A stretch of DNA of 64,000 bases from Candidatus Versatilivorator sp. (GCA_965207735.1 OZ242296.1:1248001-1312000), one strand, 5' to 3'; positions 40,428 to 50,639 are shown, numbered from the stretch's first letter. Notes: generated by a model from the letters alone, not told the origin. Program-made: numbers and translations.

Positions 40428-40620
40428 TAGGGTCCCTCACTTTCTCAACATGCTCAACTCGAACTCTTCGAGGAAAAACCAAGTAGATTGGACAGCGCTA
40501 TTTTACGGATCGAAAGGCTCGCATGCAATCGACTTTATGGCTTTCAATCCAGAATTGTCCGAAGAGTGCCGGAGTTGACCCCTCCCGGCAAGAATGTAAC
40601 ATTGCCAAAGGAAGATCACC

Positions 40621-41301
40621 ATGTGCGGCCGATTTACCCAGCAACTGACCTGGCAGCAACTTCACCACCTCTACTCGCTTTCCGACACAGCCCCTCCGCT
40701 CAACCTCCGCCCCCGCTACAACGGAGCCCCCACCCAGGACTTCGCCGTCTGTCGTCTCGACGAATCGGGTCACCGCACCATCGGGCGGCTACGCTGGGGG
40801 TTGGTGCCCTCCTGGGCCAAAGACATCAGGATCGGCGCGCGCCTCATCAACGCCCGGGCCGAGACCGTTCACTTGAAACCCTCTTTCAACGCCGCTTTCC
40901 GTTCTCGCCGCTGCCTGGTGCCGGCCAACGGATGGTTCGAATGGAAGCGGGCCGGTCCCGCCAAGCAACCCTGGTTCGTGGCCTTGGCGGAGGATTCGCC
41001 CCTCTCCTTCGCGGCTTTCTGGGAACGCTGGGACAAGGCCGAAGAGCCGGTCGAGTCCTTCACCATCATCACCACCGCCGCCACACCGAACCTGGCCGGC
41101 ATCCACGAGCGGCAGCCGGCCATCATCCCTCCCGGCCGCTTCGACCAGTGGCTCGATCCCTCCCAGCCACTGCCGCAACTGCTCGACCTGGTGCGGGAAC
41201 CCTGTGCCGGACCCTTCGAGCCGCGCGCCGTCAGCACCCGGGTGAACCGGGTCAGCAACGACGACCCGGAAATCCTCGCTCCTCTTTCCAAAAACAAATG
41301 A
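40621..41301 (+). CDS. SOS response-associated peptidase (SRAP/YedK abasic-site protein)
   Basis: MCGRF N-terminus, WGLVPSW, NARAET, RRCLVPANGWFEW and HERQP. Confidence 0.93.
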   Translation: MCGRFTQQLTWQQLHHLYSLSDTAPPLNLRPRYNGAPTQDFAVCRLDESGHRTIGRLRWGLVPSWAKDIRIGARLINARAETVHLKPSFNAAFRSRRCLVPANGWFEWKRAGPAKQPWFVALAEDSPLSFAAFWERWDKAEEPVESFTIITTAATPNLAGIHERQPAIIPPGRFDQWLDPSQPLPQLLDLVREPCAGPFEPRAVSTRVNRVSNDDPEILAPLSKNK

Positions 41302-41335
41302 TCCGACCTGGAAGCGTGGTATCATATTGAACGAT

Positions 41336-41359
41336 TTAACCAGTTAGTATAACCAGTTT
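41336..41359. promoter_or_regulatory. Putative TA autoregulatory operator
   Basis: Direct repeat TAACCAGTT-AGTA-TAACCAGTT in AT-rich DNA just upstream of the antitoxin. Confidence 0.5.
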
Positions 41360-41370
41360 AATTGACAAAA

Positions 41371-41622
41371 ATGCGTACAGTCCAATCTACCGAAGCCAAA
41401 GCGAATTTGGCCAAATATCTCCGGACGGTTGAGAACGGGGAGAGTGTCGCCATCACACGTCATGGGAGGACGGTGGCACATCTGGTCCCGGCTCAGGATC
41501 AAGAATGCGCCCGAAGACGGGAAGCGGTGGAACGATTCCTGGAACGTCGTCGCGGGTGGAGGAAAACCAACATGTCCACTCAGGAGATCCTCGCCGCTCG
41601 CCATGAAGGACACCGGTTTTGA
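41371..41622 (+). CDS. Phd/YefM family antitoxin
   Basis: EAKANLAKYLRTVENGESVAITRHGRTVAHLVP. Confidence 0.92.
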   Translation: MRTVQSTEAKANLAKYLRTVENGESVAITRHGRTVAHLVPAQDQECARRREAVERFLERRRGWRKTNMSTQEILAARHEGHRF

Positions 41623-42023
41623 GCGGGTTTGTCCTCGATGCATCAGTCGCTGTCGCCTGGCTGTTCGATGACGAGTCAGATCGGCGAGCGGAATTTGTTC
41701 TGACACGACTCAAGAATGAGCCAGCTCTGGTGCCCCAACACTGGATGCTTGAGGTGCGTAATTCGCTTCTGGTGGGAGAGCGCCGTGGCCGTATCCGGGC
41801 AAATGAGGTGGATGAACGTCTGGACGGTCTGAGAGCACTGCCGCTGCGGACCGATACGGAGCCAGACCTGGAGGTCGCATTCGCCCTGGCCAGAGCTCAC
41901 CGACTGTCCATTTACGACGCCATCTATCTGGAATTGGCCAAGCGAAACGGGATTGCCCTGGCCACGCTCGACGACAGGCTGAAACAAGCCGCCCTCAGCG
42001 AAGGCTTGGCCATGGTCGAATAG
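41619..42023 (+). CDS. vapC: VapC PIN-domain toxin
   Basis: VLDAS, EVRN, SIYDAIYLELA and LATLD. Confidence 0.92.
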   Translation: MSGFVLDASVAVAWLFDDESDRRAEFVLTRLKNEPALVPQHWMLEVRNSLLVGERRGRIRANEVDERLDGLRALPLRTDTEPDLEVAFALARAHRLSIYDAIYLELAKRNGIALATLDDRLKQAALSEGLAMVE

Positions 42024-42215
42024 CCACCTGCAAGTCGAAACTTGGGTTGGCGTAGTCTGACAATTCCCCGCCGTTGCTGCTGCTTCGCTTCCGCCAACTG
42101 CAGCCGTGGCTCTCATCTCTCGGGCCGGTTACACAACCCGACCGCTTTACCCTTCGATTTCCGAAAAAGGACTTGATTTCAACCCGTAGGGCCCCTTTGA
42201 GTCGAGGCCAAGGAT

Positions 42216-44171
42216 CTACACCTTGAAAATCACGATGACGGTGATTCCCAGGAAGAAGAGGCCGCAGCAGACGAGGCCGATCCTGCTGAGCCAGCCGGGC
42301 CGCAGTTCGGGGGGCAGCAGCGAATGGTTGAGGTAGAGGACATGCAGCGAGCTGGCTCCCAGGGCCACGTTCATCAGCACCGTTCCCACCTTGGCGATCT
42401 GGAGGGGGTTGAACAAGGAGAGGGCGAACAGACCCCAAATCCCATAGGCCAGCAGGATTCCGTAGTAGATGAACTTGACCTGGTTTCCTCCCAGCGTCCG
42501 GGCTCGGCGGCTCACCGTCCAGATGATGTCGGTCCAACGCCTGGCGATGTTGTCCCCGGAGTGGATCTGGTTGGGAGCAAGAACCAGGAAGCTGATCATC
42601 AGGGTCAGCGGCCACAGGATATAGCCGAAATCGGGGTAGCGGGAGGCCAGACCGTCCGCCACCATGGCGCCCACCCGGTTTCCCGAAATGGGCGCGTTGC
42701 GGATGAACTCCAGCGACAGCATGCAGGGGAGGGCCATGCCCAGAAAGCTGCCAATCACCCAGATGGCCTGGTCCCGGCGTATCTGGCTGAGCCAGCCCCT
42801 CCACCGCTGGAGGGATTCCCTGCTGATGGCAAAGACCTCACCCACGTGGGAGAGGCTGATGGTCAGTCCTCCCACGGCACTGGGGATGGCCCCGACCCGG
42901 GCCCCCATGCCCCAGCCCTTGTCTCGGGTATAGTTGGAGAAGAGGCTGTTGGACAGGCCGCCGGCGCCGGCAATGGCTGCAAGACCGGCCAGCATGGCCC
43001 ATTCCAGGTAGGGCAGCCGTCCATGCTGGCGGGCGTAACCGATCAGGCTCACCAGCTCCAGCCCCTGGCGGTCCACCAGTTCTCCCAGGCGGCGGGCAAA
43101 GGCCGGTGGCAGATCTTCCAGGTTCTCGAAGCGTTTCACCAGACCGTTCCGCTTCACGAAAAATGCGGCGGGGACCCAGGATCGGTCGGAAGCGATGCTG
43201 CCCTCGGCCGACAAAACGGCCGTCCCCTCCACAACCTCCAGGTAGAACCCTCCTTTTCGAGCCAGCCTTCCAGCCTGTTCCAGCATGCGCCTGCGCCGGT
43301 TTTCCAGGCCGGGAGGAATCGGGTCTCCAATTCCGAAGGTCTGCATGCTCCCTTCCCGGTCCACTGCAAATGACAGGACCACCGGCCGGCCGTTTTCCAG
43401 AGTTCCCCGAATGACGTAGCCGGCCTCGCCCTCCCGGGAGCTCAGGGTGAAATGCCCGTCGGCGATGACCGTTGCGGCGCGCAACGGAGCCGACCCCACC
43501 CGAAAGAACCCGCTGAACACCTCCCGAACGTTGCGCCCGGAGACCATGAAGAGCGAGGTGAAGGCGAGGAAGCTCAGCACGATGACCATCTTGGCCGTCA
43601 TGAGACGCTCGATCAAGCGGTAGACGGTGCCACCGAAGATCAAGGGCACGAAGGCCAGGATGAATATCAGGTAGCCCAGCACCTTGACCAGACCCGCTTC
43701 CGACATATCAAAGCCCAGCCAACTGGTCATCCCGGCGCCGGGCAGGTGGCCCAGCATGGCGGCCGCCAGGGGCACCGCCGCGTTGGAGGCCATGAAGGGC
43801 CAGATACTAGAAAACTCCAGAACCGCATAGAAAGGAATCCAGAAACGTCGACCGGGCCAGGATCGGCAGAACCCCACGTGCACCGGCTCACCGCAGTAGA
43901 GGGTGTAGCGCATCACTTCCAGGTTGTAGAACAACTGCATCAGGATGCTCAAACCGCCCAGCCAGAGGAGCGTCCCGCCATACTGGGCCGTCACCGCCGG
44001 ACCGAAGAGCCACTCTCCGGCTCCGATCGACACCCCCACCATGACGACCCCTGGACCGATGAGGGCCGTGAGCTGGCGCCATCCGAACCGGGGCGATGGC
44101 GGCAGTTCCCCCCTGTTCCAGGGAGGGATGCCGGGGTCCATGGATGGATTGGGTTGGGGGGTGTTGTTCAT
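42216..44171 (-). CDS. Nramp-like (APC superfamily) transporter with large soluble insertion
   Basis: IGPGVVMVGVSIGAGEWLFGP, RYTLYCGE and RDKGWGMG; many TM segments. Confidence 0.78.
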   Translation of the reverse strand: MNNTPQPNPSMDPGIPPWNRGELPPSPRFGWRQLTALIGPGVVMVGVSIGAGEWLFGPAVTAQYGGTLLWLGGLSILMQLFYNLEVMRYTLYCGEPVHVGFCRSWPGRRFWIPFYAVLEFSSIWPFMASNAAVPLAAAMLGHLPGAGMTSWLGFDMSEAGLVKVLGYLIFILAFVPLIFGGTVYRLIERLMTAKMVIVLSFLAFTSLFMVSGRNVREVFSGFFRVGSAPLRAATVIADGHFTLSSREGEAGYVIRGTLENGRPVVLSFAVDREGSMQTFGIGDPIPPGLENRRRRMLEQAGRLARKGGFYLEVVEGTAVLSAEGSIASDRSWVPAAFFVKRNGLVKRFENLEDLPPAFARRLGELVDRQGLELVSLIGYARQHGRLPYLEWAMLAGLAAIAGAGGLSNSLFSNYTRDKGWGMGARVGAIPSAVGGLTISLSHVGEVFAISRESLQRWRGWLSQIRRDQAIWVIGSFLGMALPCMLSLEFIRNAPISGNRVGAMVADGLASRYPDFGYILWPLTLMISFLVLAPNQIHSGDNIARRWTDIIWTVSRRARTLGGNQVKFIYYGILLAYGIWGLFALSLFNPLQIAKVGTVLMNVALGASSLHVLYLNHSLLPPELRPGWLSRIGLVCCGLFFLGITVIVIFKV

Positions 44172-44222
44172 TAGCAGTATTGCAGCCGGAGAAGAAACAT
44201 CTCACGGCTTTGACGCCTTTTC

Positions 44223-45767
44223 TTATTCTTCCGCCGACTCGGTGGTCGCCCTTTGCCACCAGCCGCGCCGGAACTGGAAGACCAGGTCGGACCGGTCCGT
44301 CTTCTGACCGCCCAGCAGGGCGCTGACGGCCTGCCCTGCCAGCACCGTGGCCGCCGCCCCGATGGGGCCGAACCAGAGAAAGGAAACGCTGTTATCCAGA
44401 ATGCAGTAGCCCGTCACCACCGTGCCCACCAGCAGGCCCCAGAAGGCCCCCCGCCATTCCGTCTTGCGGGTCATCATTCCCAGAATGAAAATCCCCAGCA
44501 TGGGGCCGGCAAAACTGTTCACCAGCTTGTTGGCGATCTCGATAATGGTGCCCAGGGCCCCCACGAAGCAGGCCAGTACGGTGACGACGACCCCCAGGGC
44601 CAGGGTCAAGGCTCGGGAGACTTTCAATTCCCGGCGGGCTGCTTCACCCTCAGTAGCTGCGCCGCCTCGGGTCAGCCAGCCGAAGCGCTTGAAGAAATCG
44701 GTGATCAAGGCCGTGACCGAGGAGTTGAGGCCGGAGTCGATGGAGGACATGGCGGCTGCCAGGATGGCGGCGATCATCATGCCCCGCAAGCCCAGCGGCA
44801 TCTCGGTGGCGATAAAGTAGGGGAAGACCTTGTCTCCGCCGATGGTGGCCGGCAGGTTCCCGGGATGCAGGGCATAAAAGGAGTAGAGTCCCAGACCGAT
44901 CCCGATCATGAGGAACCCCATGGCCCAGCCGCCCACCGTGTTGAGAATGAAAGACTTCTGCATGCCCTTGAGCGACTTGGCCGCAAGATAGCGCTGCACG
45001 CTGACCTGGTCGGCCCCGTACATTCCCAGATTGGCGACCAGGCTGCCGATCAGAGCTCCCCAGGAAGTGACCCGGGTGGTGAGGTCCGGCGTCCAATCGA
45101 AAATCCGGGTCCTGCCTCCCTGCTCCGCCACCGACCAGATGCCCTCAAGTCCCCCGACGTGAGCGCCCACCACCCAAAGGGCCAGCACCGAACCGGCCGA
45201 AAGCACAAAAAACTGGGCCACGTCGGTCCAGATCACGGCCCGCATTCCCCCCACCACCGTGTAGAGCGTGGCCACCACGCCCACCAACAGGATCATGGGA
45301 ACCAGGGGAAAACCGGTGATGGTGTGCAGCACCAGAGAGGGCACGTAGACGGCGGTCCCCATCCACAGGATCCGCCAGCATACGAAGACGGCGCTGGCCA
45401 GGGCGCGAACGGTCACGTTGAACCGCTTTTCCAGGTACTCGTAGGCAGTGTAGACCTGCAGCCGGTGAAAGAAGGGCATGAAGACCAGCATGACCACCAG
45501 GGCCGTGGGGATCATGGAAAAAATGCCCACCGTGAGGCGCAAATCGTAGCTGCGATACTCGGAGGGGCCTCCCATGTAGCTGATGGCGCTGTAGAGGCTG
45601 GCGATGGTGGAGATTCCGATCGGGAACCAGCCCATGGATCGGCCCGCCAGGAAGTACTCCTTGGTGGAGCGTTGTCCGCGGCCGACCCAGACCCCCACAC
45701 CCACCACCAGCAGGATGTAGGCCAGCATGAGGAAATAGTCCAGGGAGGAAAACAGCGGCTGATCCAT
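44223..45767 (-). CDS. Sodium:solute symporter, paralog 1
   Basis: EYFLAGRSM, GGMRAVIWTD, DQVSVQRYL and AAAMSSIDS. Confidence 0.93.
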   Translation of the reverse strand: MDQPLFSSLDYFLMLAYILLVVGVGVWVGRGQRSTKEYFLAGRSMGWFPIGISTIASLYSAISYMGGPSEYRSYDLRLTVGIFSMIPTALVVMLVFMPFFHRLQVYTAYEYLEKRFNVTVRALASAVFVCWRILWMGTAVYVPSLVLHTITGFPLVPMILLVGVVATLYTVVGGMRAVIWTDVAQFFVLSAGSVLALWVVGAHVGGLEGIWSVAEQGGRTRIFDWTPDLTTRVTSWGALIGSLVANLGMYGADQVSVQRYLAAKSLKGMQKSFILNTVGGWAMGFLMIGIGLGLYSFYALHPGNLPATIGGDKVFPYFIATEMPLGLRGMMIAAILAAAMSSIDSGLNSSVTALITDFFKRFGWLTRGGAATEGEAARRELKVSRALTLALGVVVTVLACFVGALGTIIEIANKLVNSFAGPMLGIFILGMMTRKTEWRGAFWGLLVGTVVTGYCILDNSVSFLWFGPIGAAATVLAGQAVSALLGGQKTDRSDLVFQFRRGWWQRATTESAEE

Positions 45768-45899
45768 TGGGCTCCTCAACAGGGGACTTCAGGCTTGGAA
45801 CACTTGTAAGCGGTGACCGGGCTCGGATTCTACACGAATTCGGGTCGGGCGCCTAATGGGAGACGAGGCCAACGGGCTCCCTTCCTGTTGAGCGAACCC

Positions 45900-46573
45900 C
45901 TCGAGGAGAAACCGACGACCGCCAATAAAGACGAACCACGAATCAACACGAAAGGCAGAGGATGCGGGCGGGACGCCCGCGCTCCCGGGTGGGTCGTCCC
46001 GATGGTGCGGTGGAGGGTATCCGACGGGCGAATTCTCTGAAAGCCGACCAGCGCCCTTTGGGAAACTCCCGTTTGCCCGCGAGTCCAGCCCCCGCCCTGC
46101 CGGGGGGATCATACGAGAGAGCGTTTTGCAATATTGGCAGTGGGGCAGGTCATCTTGCCGGTAAACGTGATCTTCTGCCTTTTCCAATATCGGGTGCGAC
46201 CTGGTAAAAATGAGAGTTCACCACAAAAAGCACAAAAGTCACAAAATGAATTTCTTGATTTCGAGTCTTGACGATTCGAAGTTGCTCCCCATGGCGCCGC
46301 GTTGACCGGATGTAGGCAGATAGCGCGGGACTTGTGCGACATGTTCGAAAGTCAACACCTTGCAGGCTTTCAGTGTTCTGCTCTTTTTGTGTTTTTTGTG
46401 CCTTTTGTGGCTATTCCCGGCAACGGTCCCGCTGCTGAATATTGCAATAGGCTGGAGAGTGAAACAATCAGAAATCGACCGTCCCGTCGCGACTTTGGCA
46501 TCCCGTCGCGGTTCACCTCAACGCCTTAGTGGCCCTTCGTCGTCCTTCGTGGCCCTTCGTGGATTCCTCTTTT
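45900..46573. repeat. Nested repeat cluster (CCACGAA/TTCGTGG repeat, REP, MITE)
   Basis: Contains a REP copy at 45963-45993, homology to 9920-10073, and the MITE listed next. Confidence 0.75.
46119..46454. mobile_element. MITE, copy A
   Basis: Imperfect TIRs GAGCGTTTTGCAATA and TATTGCAATAGGCTG; GAGA duplicated on both flanks; internal CACAAAA/TTTTGTG repeats shared with 60933-61170. Confidence 0.7.
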
Positions 46574-46634
46574 GCCTCTTTTTCTTTTGTCTTTTTTCGT
46601 TTGTTCCAGGCACGGCGGCCACCTGCCGGACCGG

Positions 46635-48149
46635 TTACTTTCCGGATCGGAACAGCCGAAACACCAGATCCGAGGGCGGCTGGCCGGGAGCGCCCACCAG
46701 CCGGCTGGCGATCTGGCCAACCAGCAGCGTGGTGCAGGCTCCGATGGGCGCATACCAGAGAAAGGAAACACTTGAGTAAAAGATGAACCCGGCCGTGGTC
46801 AGAGTTCCCAGGAGCAGCCCCAGGAAGGCGCCCCTGGACTCGGTCTTGCGGGTGAGCATTCCCAGCAGGAACACCCCCAGCATGGGCCCGGTAAAGCTAT
46901 CCACAATGGTGGCGGCAATTTCCACGATGGAGCCCAACTGCCCCACGTAACAGGCCAGCACCGTGACCAGGACTCCCAGTCCCAGGGTGAGCAGCCGCGA
47001 GAACGCCAAATCCACCGAACCCGGCCCGCGGAACCAGGGCGAAATCCAGGCCAGAGACCACCCGAACCGCTTGACGAAATCGTTCATGATGGCCGTGGTC
47101 ACCGAATTCAGCCCCGAATCGATCGACGACATGGCCGCCGCCAGGATGGCCGCGATCATGATCCCCCTCAATCCGGCCGGCATCTGGCTGGCGATGAAAT
47201 AGGGAAAGACCCGGTCCCCCTGGATGTCGGCCGGCAATTGGCCCGGATTGAGATGGTAAAAGGCGAAGAGGCCCAGTCCGATCGAGATCATCATCAGCCC
47301 CAGGGGAAAGCCGCCGCCCATGTTCATGAGAAAGGACTGCTGCATCACCTTCAGGGAGCGGGCCGACAGGTAGCGCTGCACGCTGACCTGGTCGGTGCCG
47401 TAGGTGCCCAGATGAGCCACCAGGCCGCTCAGAAAGGCGCCCCAGGTGGTGATCCGAACGGTGGGGTCCAGCGACCAGTCCAGGACCCGCGTCCTCCCGC
47501 CGGCTTCGGCAACGGTCCAGATTCCGGAGACTCCTCCAACCGCGGAACCCACCACCCACAGGGCCAGGATCGACCCGCAGAAAAGCACGAAAAACTGGAC
47601 CACGTCGGTCCAGATCACGGCTCGCATGCCGCCCAGGACGGTGTACAGGGTCGCCACCACGCCTACCGCCACGATGGTTTCTATCAGGGCAAAACCGGTG
47701 ACCGTGTGCAGCACCAGCGAGGGGACGTATATGGCGGTGCCCATCCAGAGGACCCGCCACAGGACGAAGACGCCGCTGGCCAGAGATCGCACCGTGACGC
47801 TGAAGCGCTTCTCCAGATACTCGTAAGCCGTGTAGACCTGGAGCCGGTGGTAGAAGGGCATGAACACGAAGATGACGACCACGGCGGAGGGAAACGAGGC
47901 CAGCATCTGCACCGCGAACTTGGCGCCGTGAGTGAAGTATTCCGACGGGGTCCCCATGTAGCTGATGGCGCTGTAGAGGCTGGCGATGGTGGAGATGCCG
48001 AGGGGAAACCACCCCATGGAACGGCCGGCCAGGAAGTACTCCCTGGTGTCTTTCTGACCCCTGCCCACCCAGACACCGATACAGACCATGACCAGGAGAT
48101 AGGTGAACAGCAGAAGGTAGTCCAGAAAGGAAAATGGAGACAGGGGCAT
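46635..48149 (-). CDS. Sodium:solute symporter, paralog 2
   Basis: Same SSS motifs; highly similar to its neighbours. Confidence 0.93.
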   Translation of the reverse strand: MPLSPFSFLDYLLLFTYLLVMVCIGVWVGRGQKDTREYFLAGRSMGWFPLGISTIASLYSAISYMGTPSEYFTHGAKFAVQMLASFPSAVVVIFVFMPFYHRLQVYTAYEYLEKRFSVTVRSLASGVFVLWRVLWMGTAIYVPSLVLHTVTGFALIETIVAVGVVATLYTVLGGMRAVIWTDVVQFFVLFCGSILALWVVGSAVGGVSGIWTVAEAGGRTRVLDWSLDPTVRITTWGAFLSGLVAHLGTYGTDQVSVQRYLSARSLKVMQQSFLMNMGGGFPLGLMMISIGLGLFAFYHLNPGQLPADIQGDRVFPYFIASQMPAGLRGIMIAAILAAAMSSIDSGLNSVTTAIMNDFVKRFGWSLAWISPWFRGPGSVDLAFSRLLTLGLGVLVTVLACYVGQLGSIVEIAATIVDSFTGPMLGVFLLGMLTRKTESRGAFLGLLLGTLTTAGFIFYSSVSFLWYAPIGACTTLLVGQIASRLVGAPGQPPSDLVFRLFRSGK

Positions 48150-48159
48150 GGATGGCTTC

Positions 48160-49683
48160 TCAGAAGCCGGGGATTCGGTAAACCAGATCGGTGCGCTTGG
48201 TCGGGGGGCTCCCTTCCCTCATGCTGACGACGTAGCCGACCACCAGGGTGGCGGCCAAACCCACGGTGCCGTACCAGAGGAATGAGACGGTGGAGTAGAA
48301 GATGAAATAGCTGGTGACCAGGCTTCCCACCAGCAGACCCCAGAAGGCTCCGCGAGGCTCGCACCTGCGGGTCAGCATTCCCAGCAGAAAGACAGCCGCC
48401 ATGGGACCGGCAAAGCTGTTGACCAGCTTGTTGGTGATCTCGATGATGGACCCCAGCCGGCCTACGTAGCAGGCCAGCACCGTGACCACCACGCCCAGGC
48501 CCAGGGTCAGCAGGCGGGAGAGCTTCAATTCCCTGGCGGCCACCTGGTGGGAGGCCTCTCCGGGAGCCCATCTCATGATCCAGCCGGGCTTCCAGTTGAA
48601 CCTCTTGAAGAAATCGGTGATCAGCGCGGTGGTGCAGGAATTCAATCCGGAGTCGATCGACGACATGGCGGCCGCCAGGATGGCGGCGATCATCATCCCC
48701 CGGAGTCCAATGGGCATCTGGGTGGCGATGAAATAGGGGAATACCCGATCTCCCTGAATCGACTCGGGCAAATTCTGCGGGTTGGTGGCGTAGTAGGCGA
48801 ACAGTCCCAGTCCGATGATGATGATGAACCCCTTCATGAGCAAGCCCGCGCCCATGTTCAGGATGAAGGACTTCTGCATGATCGGAAGCGACCTGGCGGT
48901 CAGATAGCGCTGCACGCTGACCTGGTCGGCTCCATACATGCCGATGTGACCCACCAGCGACCCCATCACCGCTCCCCAGGTAGTCACTCGAATGGTAGGG
49001 TCCAGCGACCAGTCGAACAGACGGGTCCTGCCCCCCTGCTCGGCGACCCTCCAGATTTCCCCCGTTCCCCCCGCATCCATCCCGATGATCCAAACGGCCA
49101 GCACCGAGCCCCCGATCAAAATGAAAAACTGGCAGACATCGGTCCAGATGACCGCCCGCATTCCGCCGGCCACGGTGTAGAGCGTGGCCGCGATGCCGAC
49201 CCCCAGGATGGTCTCCAGCAGGGGCATGCCGGTAACGGTGTGAAGCACCAGGGCCGGCACGTAGGTGGCCGTGCCCATCCATAGGATTCTCCAGAAGACG
49301 AACACCGCGCTGGCCAGGGTGCGGACCTTGAGATCGAAGCGCTCCTCCAGGTACTCGTAGGCGGTGTAGACCTGCAGTCGGTGGAAGAAGGGCATGAAGA
49401 CAAACATCACCACCGGAACCACCAGCACGATCGAGAGGGTCTGGGTGGCCATCTCCAGGCCATGGACGTAGTATTCGGCCGGCGCCCCCATGTAGGTGAT
49501 GGCGCTGTAGAGGCTGGCCAGGGTGGAGATGCCGACCGGAAACCAGCCCATGGAACGGCCGGCCAGAAAATATTCCTTGGTGTCCTTCTGACCGCGGCCG
49601 ACCCAGACCCCGATGGCCACGACCAGAACCAGGTAGGTGGTCAGAGCCGTGTAGTCCAGCGCTGAAAAAACTGAGGCGTTCAC
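48160..49683 (-). CDS. Sodium:solute symporter, paralog 3
   Basis: Same SSS motifs. GTG start estimated from the paralog alignment. Confidence 0.92.
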   Translation of the reverse strand: MNASVFSALDYTALTTYLVLVVAIGVWVGRGQKDTKEYFLAGRSMGWFPVGISTLASLYSAITYMGAPAEYYVHGLEMATQTLSIVLVVPVVMFVFMPFFHRLQVYTAYEYLEERFDLKVRTLASAVFVFWRILWMGTATYVPALVLHTVTGMPLLETILGVGIAATLYTVAGGMRAVIWTDVCQFFILIGGSVLAVWIIGMDAGGTGEIWRVAEQGGRTRLFDWSLDPTIRVTTWGAVMGSLVGHIGMYGADQVSVQRYLTARSLPIMQKSFILNMGAGLLMKGFIIIIGLGLFAYYATNPQNLPESIQGDRVFPYFIATQMPIGLRGMMIAAILAAAMSSIDSGLNSCTTALITDFFKRFNWKPGWIMRWAPGEASHQVAARELKLSRLLTLGLGVVVTVLACYVGRLGSIIEITNKLVNSFAGPMAAVFLLGMLTRRCEPRGAFWGLLVGSLVTSYFIFYSTVSFLWYGTVGLAATLVVGYVVSMREGSPPTKRTDLVYRIPGF

Positions 49684-49743
49684 GGATTCATCCAGGAAAA
49701 TAGAGCCAGGACACCCTCGACCGGCCCGCAAGTGCGGCCAGGC

Positions 49744-50628
49744 TCAAGACTTGCGCTTCAAGCCTTCGGCCAGAATGGATACAGTCCGGGGGAGCGTCCG
49801 ATCTCGATTCAACGTTTCGGTACGCTCCCCACCCATGTCGCTCTGCGCGACCATTCTGAAGACCTCGGCCGCCCCGGAGTGGATGTCCGGCGTGACACCG
49901 ACGCTACCGAAGGTTCGGGCAATCTCCTCCATTTCGGCGATCCAGCGGAAGGCCTTGGCCGGCACCCTCCTGACCTGCTCCATGGCCTTGAGCTTCTGGC
50001 CCTGGCTGTAGGCAAGCTCCGACCTCAACTCGGCCGAGAGCCCCAGAGCCTCGGCGCTGGTGAGCACGGCCGCGTGGAGCGCCAGGGTTCCCTTGGTCAG
50101 CCCGGCATAGCACATCTTGATGGCCGAGGCCTGTCCCACCTCACTGCCGATCCACTTGACGGCAATGCCTCGGCCGTCGAGTTGAGCCATAGAATCCGCA
50201 TGGGAGCCGGAGACATAGAAGCGGGGAGGCTGCCCCTGGCCTGGAGGCGGACCGATGATGGAGGCGTCCAGATAGCGACTGCCGGCCTCGGTGATGATGC
50301 CTTCGATCCGCTTGGAGGTCGCCGGAGAAACGGCGTTGCAGTCGGCAAAGACCGGTCGGCAACCGGCTTGCTTGAGGGCCTTGGCCACTTCTTCCGCCAG
50401 CGACACCGCCGCCTCGGGAACCAGAATGGAAAGAATAAGGTCGGCCCGCTCGGCCAGCGCTTTCAGGCTCGGCACATCCGTGAACCCGGCTCGTTGGGCC
50501 AACTGGCGGGTGCGAGCGCTGCGGCCCGACAGGCAGGTCAGCACCTCCAGACCGCTGGCCCGGAAATCCCGTCCCACCGCATGGCCCATGTCTCCCGGGC
50601 TCAGAATGGCAACGCGTTGAATCTGCAG
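49744..50628 (-). CDS. NAD(P)-dependent oxidoreductase (6PGD/HIBADH-like, DUF1932 type)
   Basis: VAILSPGDMG Rossmann strand upstream of ATG 50589; DCNAVSP, ASAIKMCYAGLTKG and RWIAEMEEIA. CTG start proposed. Confidence 0.85.
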   Translation of the reverse strand: MQIQRVAILSPGDMGHAVGRDFRASGLEVLTCLSGRSARTRQLAQRAGFTDVPSLKALAERADLILSILVPEAAVSLAEEVAKALKQAGCRPVFADCNAVSPATSKRIEGIITEAGSRYLDASIIGPPPGQGQPPRFYVSGSHADSMAQLDGRGIAVKWIGSEVGQASAIKMCYAGLTKGTLALHAAVLTSAEALGLSAELRSELAYSQGQKLKAMEQVRRVPAKAFRWIAEMEEIARTFGSVGVTPDIHSGAAEVFRMVAQSDMGGERTETLNRDRTLPRTVSILAEGLKRKS

Positions 50629-50639
50629 CGGATTGCCCC

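Noticed and set aside
40428-40620. LexA box upstream of SRAP
   Set aside because: CGAACTCTTCG does not fit GAAC-N4-GTTC or GTTC-N7-GTTC.
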